Made by a program: the position numbers and the translations under genes. Shown here one piece after another: positions 62,631 through 64,000 of a DNA stretch of 64,000 bases; positions within the stretch are counted from its first letter, which is position 1, and each line of letters opens with the position of its first letter. Origin of the DNA: Heptranchias perlo (taxonomy: Eukaryota); contig NC_090335.1 of assembly GCF_035084215.1 (NCBI RefSeq), positions 24,118,001-24,182,000 on the forward strand, in the 5' to 3' direction. Under the pieces are notes generated by a model. That model searched no databases. It saw only the letters and a program-made list of their open reading frames with translations, and was not told where the DNA came from.

Positions 62631-63930
62631 GCAAGAGAGGGACAAGGACTAGCTTGTGGTGAGAGGGAGAGCAGAGAGAAAGAAGTGGGTGTTGAAAAAC
62701 ATCTGCAGCTTGTCATGCAGAGTGCGTGGAGTGAAGGGGAAGTCAGAAGAAGCAAAGAGGACCAGGTGTGGAGAAACCCTGTGTGACTTCTCCTCCAGCG
62801 TTGCCCGTTGCCACAGAAATCCGATTTTGGGGGCGATTGCATTTCTGGGCCATGGTTCACAAAAGTTCTCCACTGCTGGGGGTTTTCCTTGCATCATGTT
62901 TGGGTCTGTTGTAGACTAATTGATAAGAGATTCATTGCTATGATTAGTCAACAACTCCATTATCGTCGTATCATGCGACTATCAAGATGGTAGAAGGTGA
63001 ACTGGATGGATCTTGGTCTTTTTCCATCCAATAATTCCAATGTCCCTGTGTAATTTTAACTATCGGGCAGCTCAGGCAGAACAGCCAGCCATTCTCTCCG
63101 ACAGGAGGCCTGGACCATTTTGAGAATGGGGCCCCATTAACAAGCCCCAAATGGGCGTCCCGCTGCAGCTCGCTGGCTCCGGGCTGGCGCAATATTGGGC
63201 GGCCCAGAGGCTGCCCCAGCCAGCAGGATGATAAGTCTGATGAGCAGGTGATCCCAGAGGGGGGAGGAGCCCCAGGCGGCAGCTGCCCACATCATTGTTA
63301 TGGAGCCCGGAGGATTTTTCACATACCTTGTTGGGGCCTCTTTCTCGTGATTGCCAGGTTTTACTGACCAGACGTCTGTGGCACACGCTGTACCCGGTAG
63401 GCCATCAAAACTGCATTGGGGTCCTAGGTACGTCATGGGACCCCGAATTGCATAGAATAATGAGGCTCCCGCCTGATTCAGGTGGGTCGCCCAGCGGAAG
63501 GCTCTGGGGAAAATGGCGATGGAATGGGGGCGGGGCGGTAAGTCGACCACCTCAATGTTAACTCCATTACCATCCCATTTCCATCTGTCGTAGGGAGTTA
63601 AAATCTCACCTAGAACGTATGACTTTAAAGTCAGGACTGAATTATGTCTCCCTGCCCTGGTTCAATTTGTCCCTCGCCCTTTAACCCCGCTTCACCTGAA
63701 GATTAGTATTGCTCACGACTTCAGTGGGACTGAAACTCGGGCAAGGCGTATGACAGGAGGCCGGTGCAAAATAGCTCGTTCTGCACTACACCCAAGATCA
63801 ATTTCTACCCCCTACTTTGTGCAAACCTACAGGAGATTACGAGTATAAATTTAAAGTTATATCATTCCAATGCCAAAAGTCCATCTGTGAGCCACGCCAC
63901 AGGTTTGTAGTACTGCAGAAGTAAAACAAT

Positions 63931-64000
63931 GGGCTTCGTTTTAGCACCCGCTATCAGGTGCGTTCCTGGGGGGGGGGCTCCGAAAATCGGGGAATCCCAG
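63931..64000 (-). mobile_element. Terminus of another Harbinger copy extending beyond the window
   Basis: GGGCTTCGTTTTAGCACCCGC..GGTGCGTTCCTGG..CCGAAAATCGGG is the reverse complement of 45900-45972. Confidence 0.85.

Overview
Repeat-dense vertebrate DNA, most likely intergenic or intronic sequence from a cartilaginous fish (shark). This is inferred from the Deu-domain SINEs, CR1/L2 LINEs, Penelope-like elements and Harbingers. No host protein-coding gene is confidently identifiable. Contents: (1) many 5'-truncated CR1 LINEs, one L2 and several tRNA/Deu SINEs; (2) a PIF/Harbinger cluster, including an apparently intact young autonomous copy at 37263-41436 (spliced Myb/SANT gene plus HARBI1-type DDE transposase, TIRs, CTG TSD), older and deleted copies, and MITEs; (3) eight Penelope-like (PLE) insertions from two families with one shared architecture. 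Their pseudo-LTRs carry a minimal type-I hammerhead ribozyme with covarying stems (present in seven of the eight insertions). Seven have 10-14 bp TSDs. All end at one or both of two recurrent 3' sites about 26-40 nt apart, often in inverted orientation, including a near-perfect 1.35-kb palindrome. A conserved RFX/MYB/TATA/Inr module lies just upstream of the ribozyme. One 98-nt ribozyme-only insertion starts at the predicted TSS. All calls were made by eye; no database searches or alignments were run.
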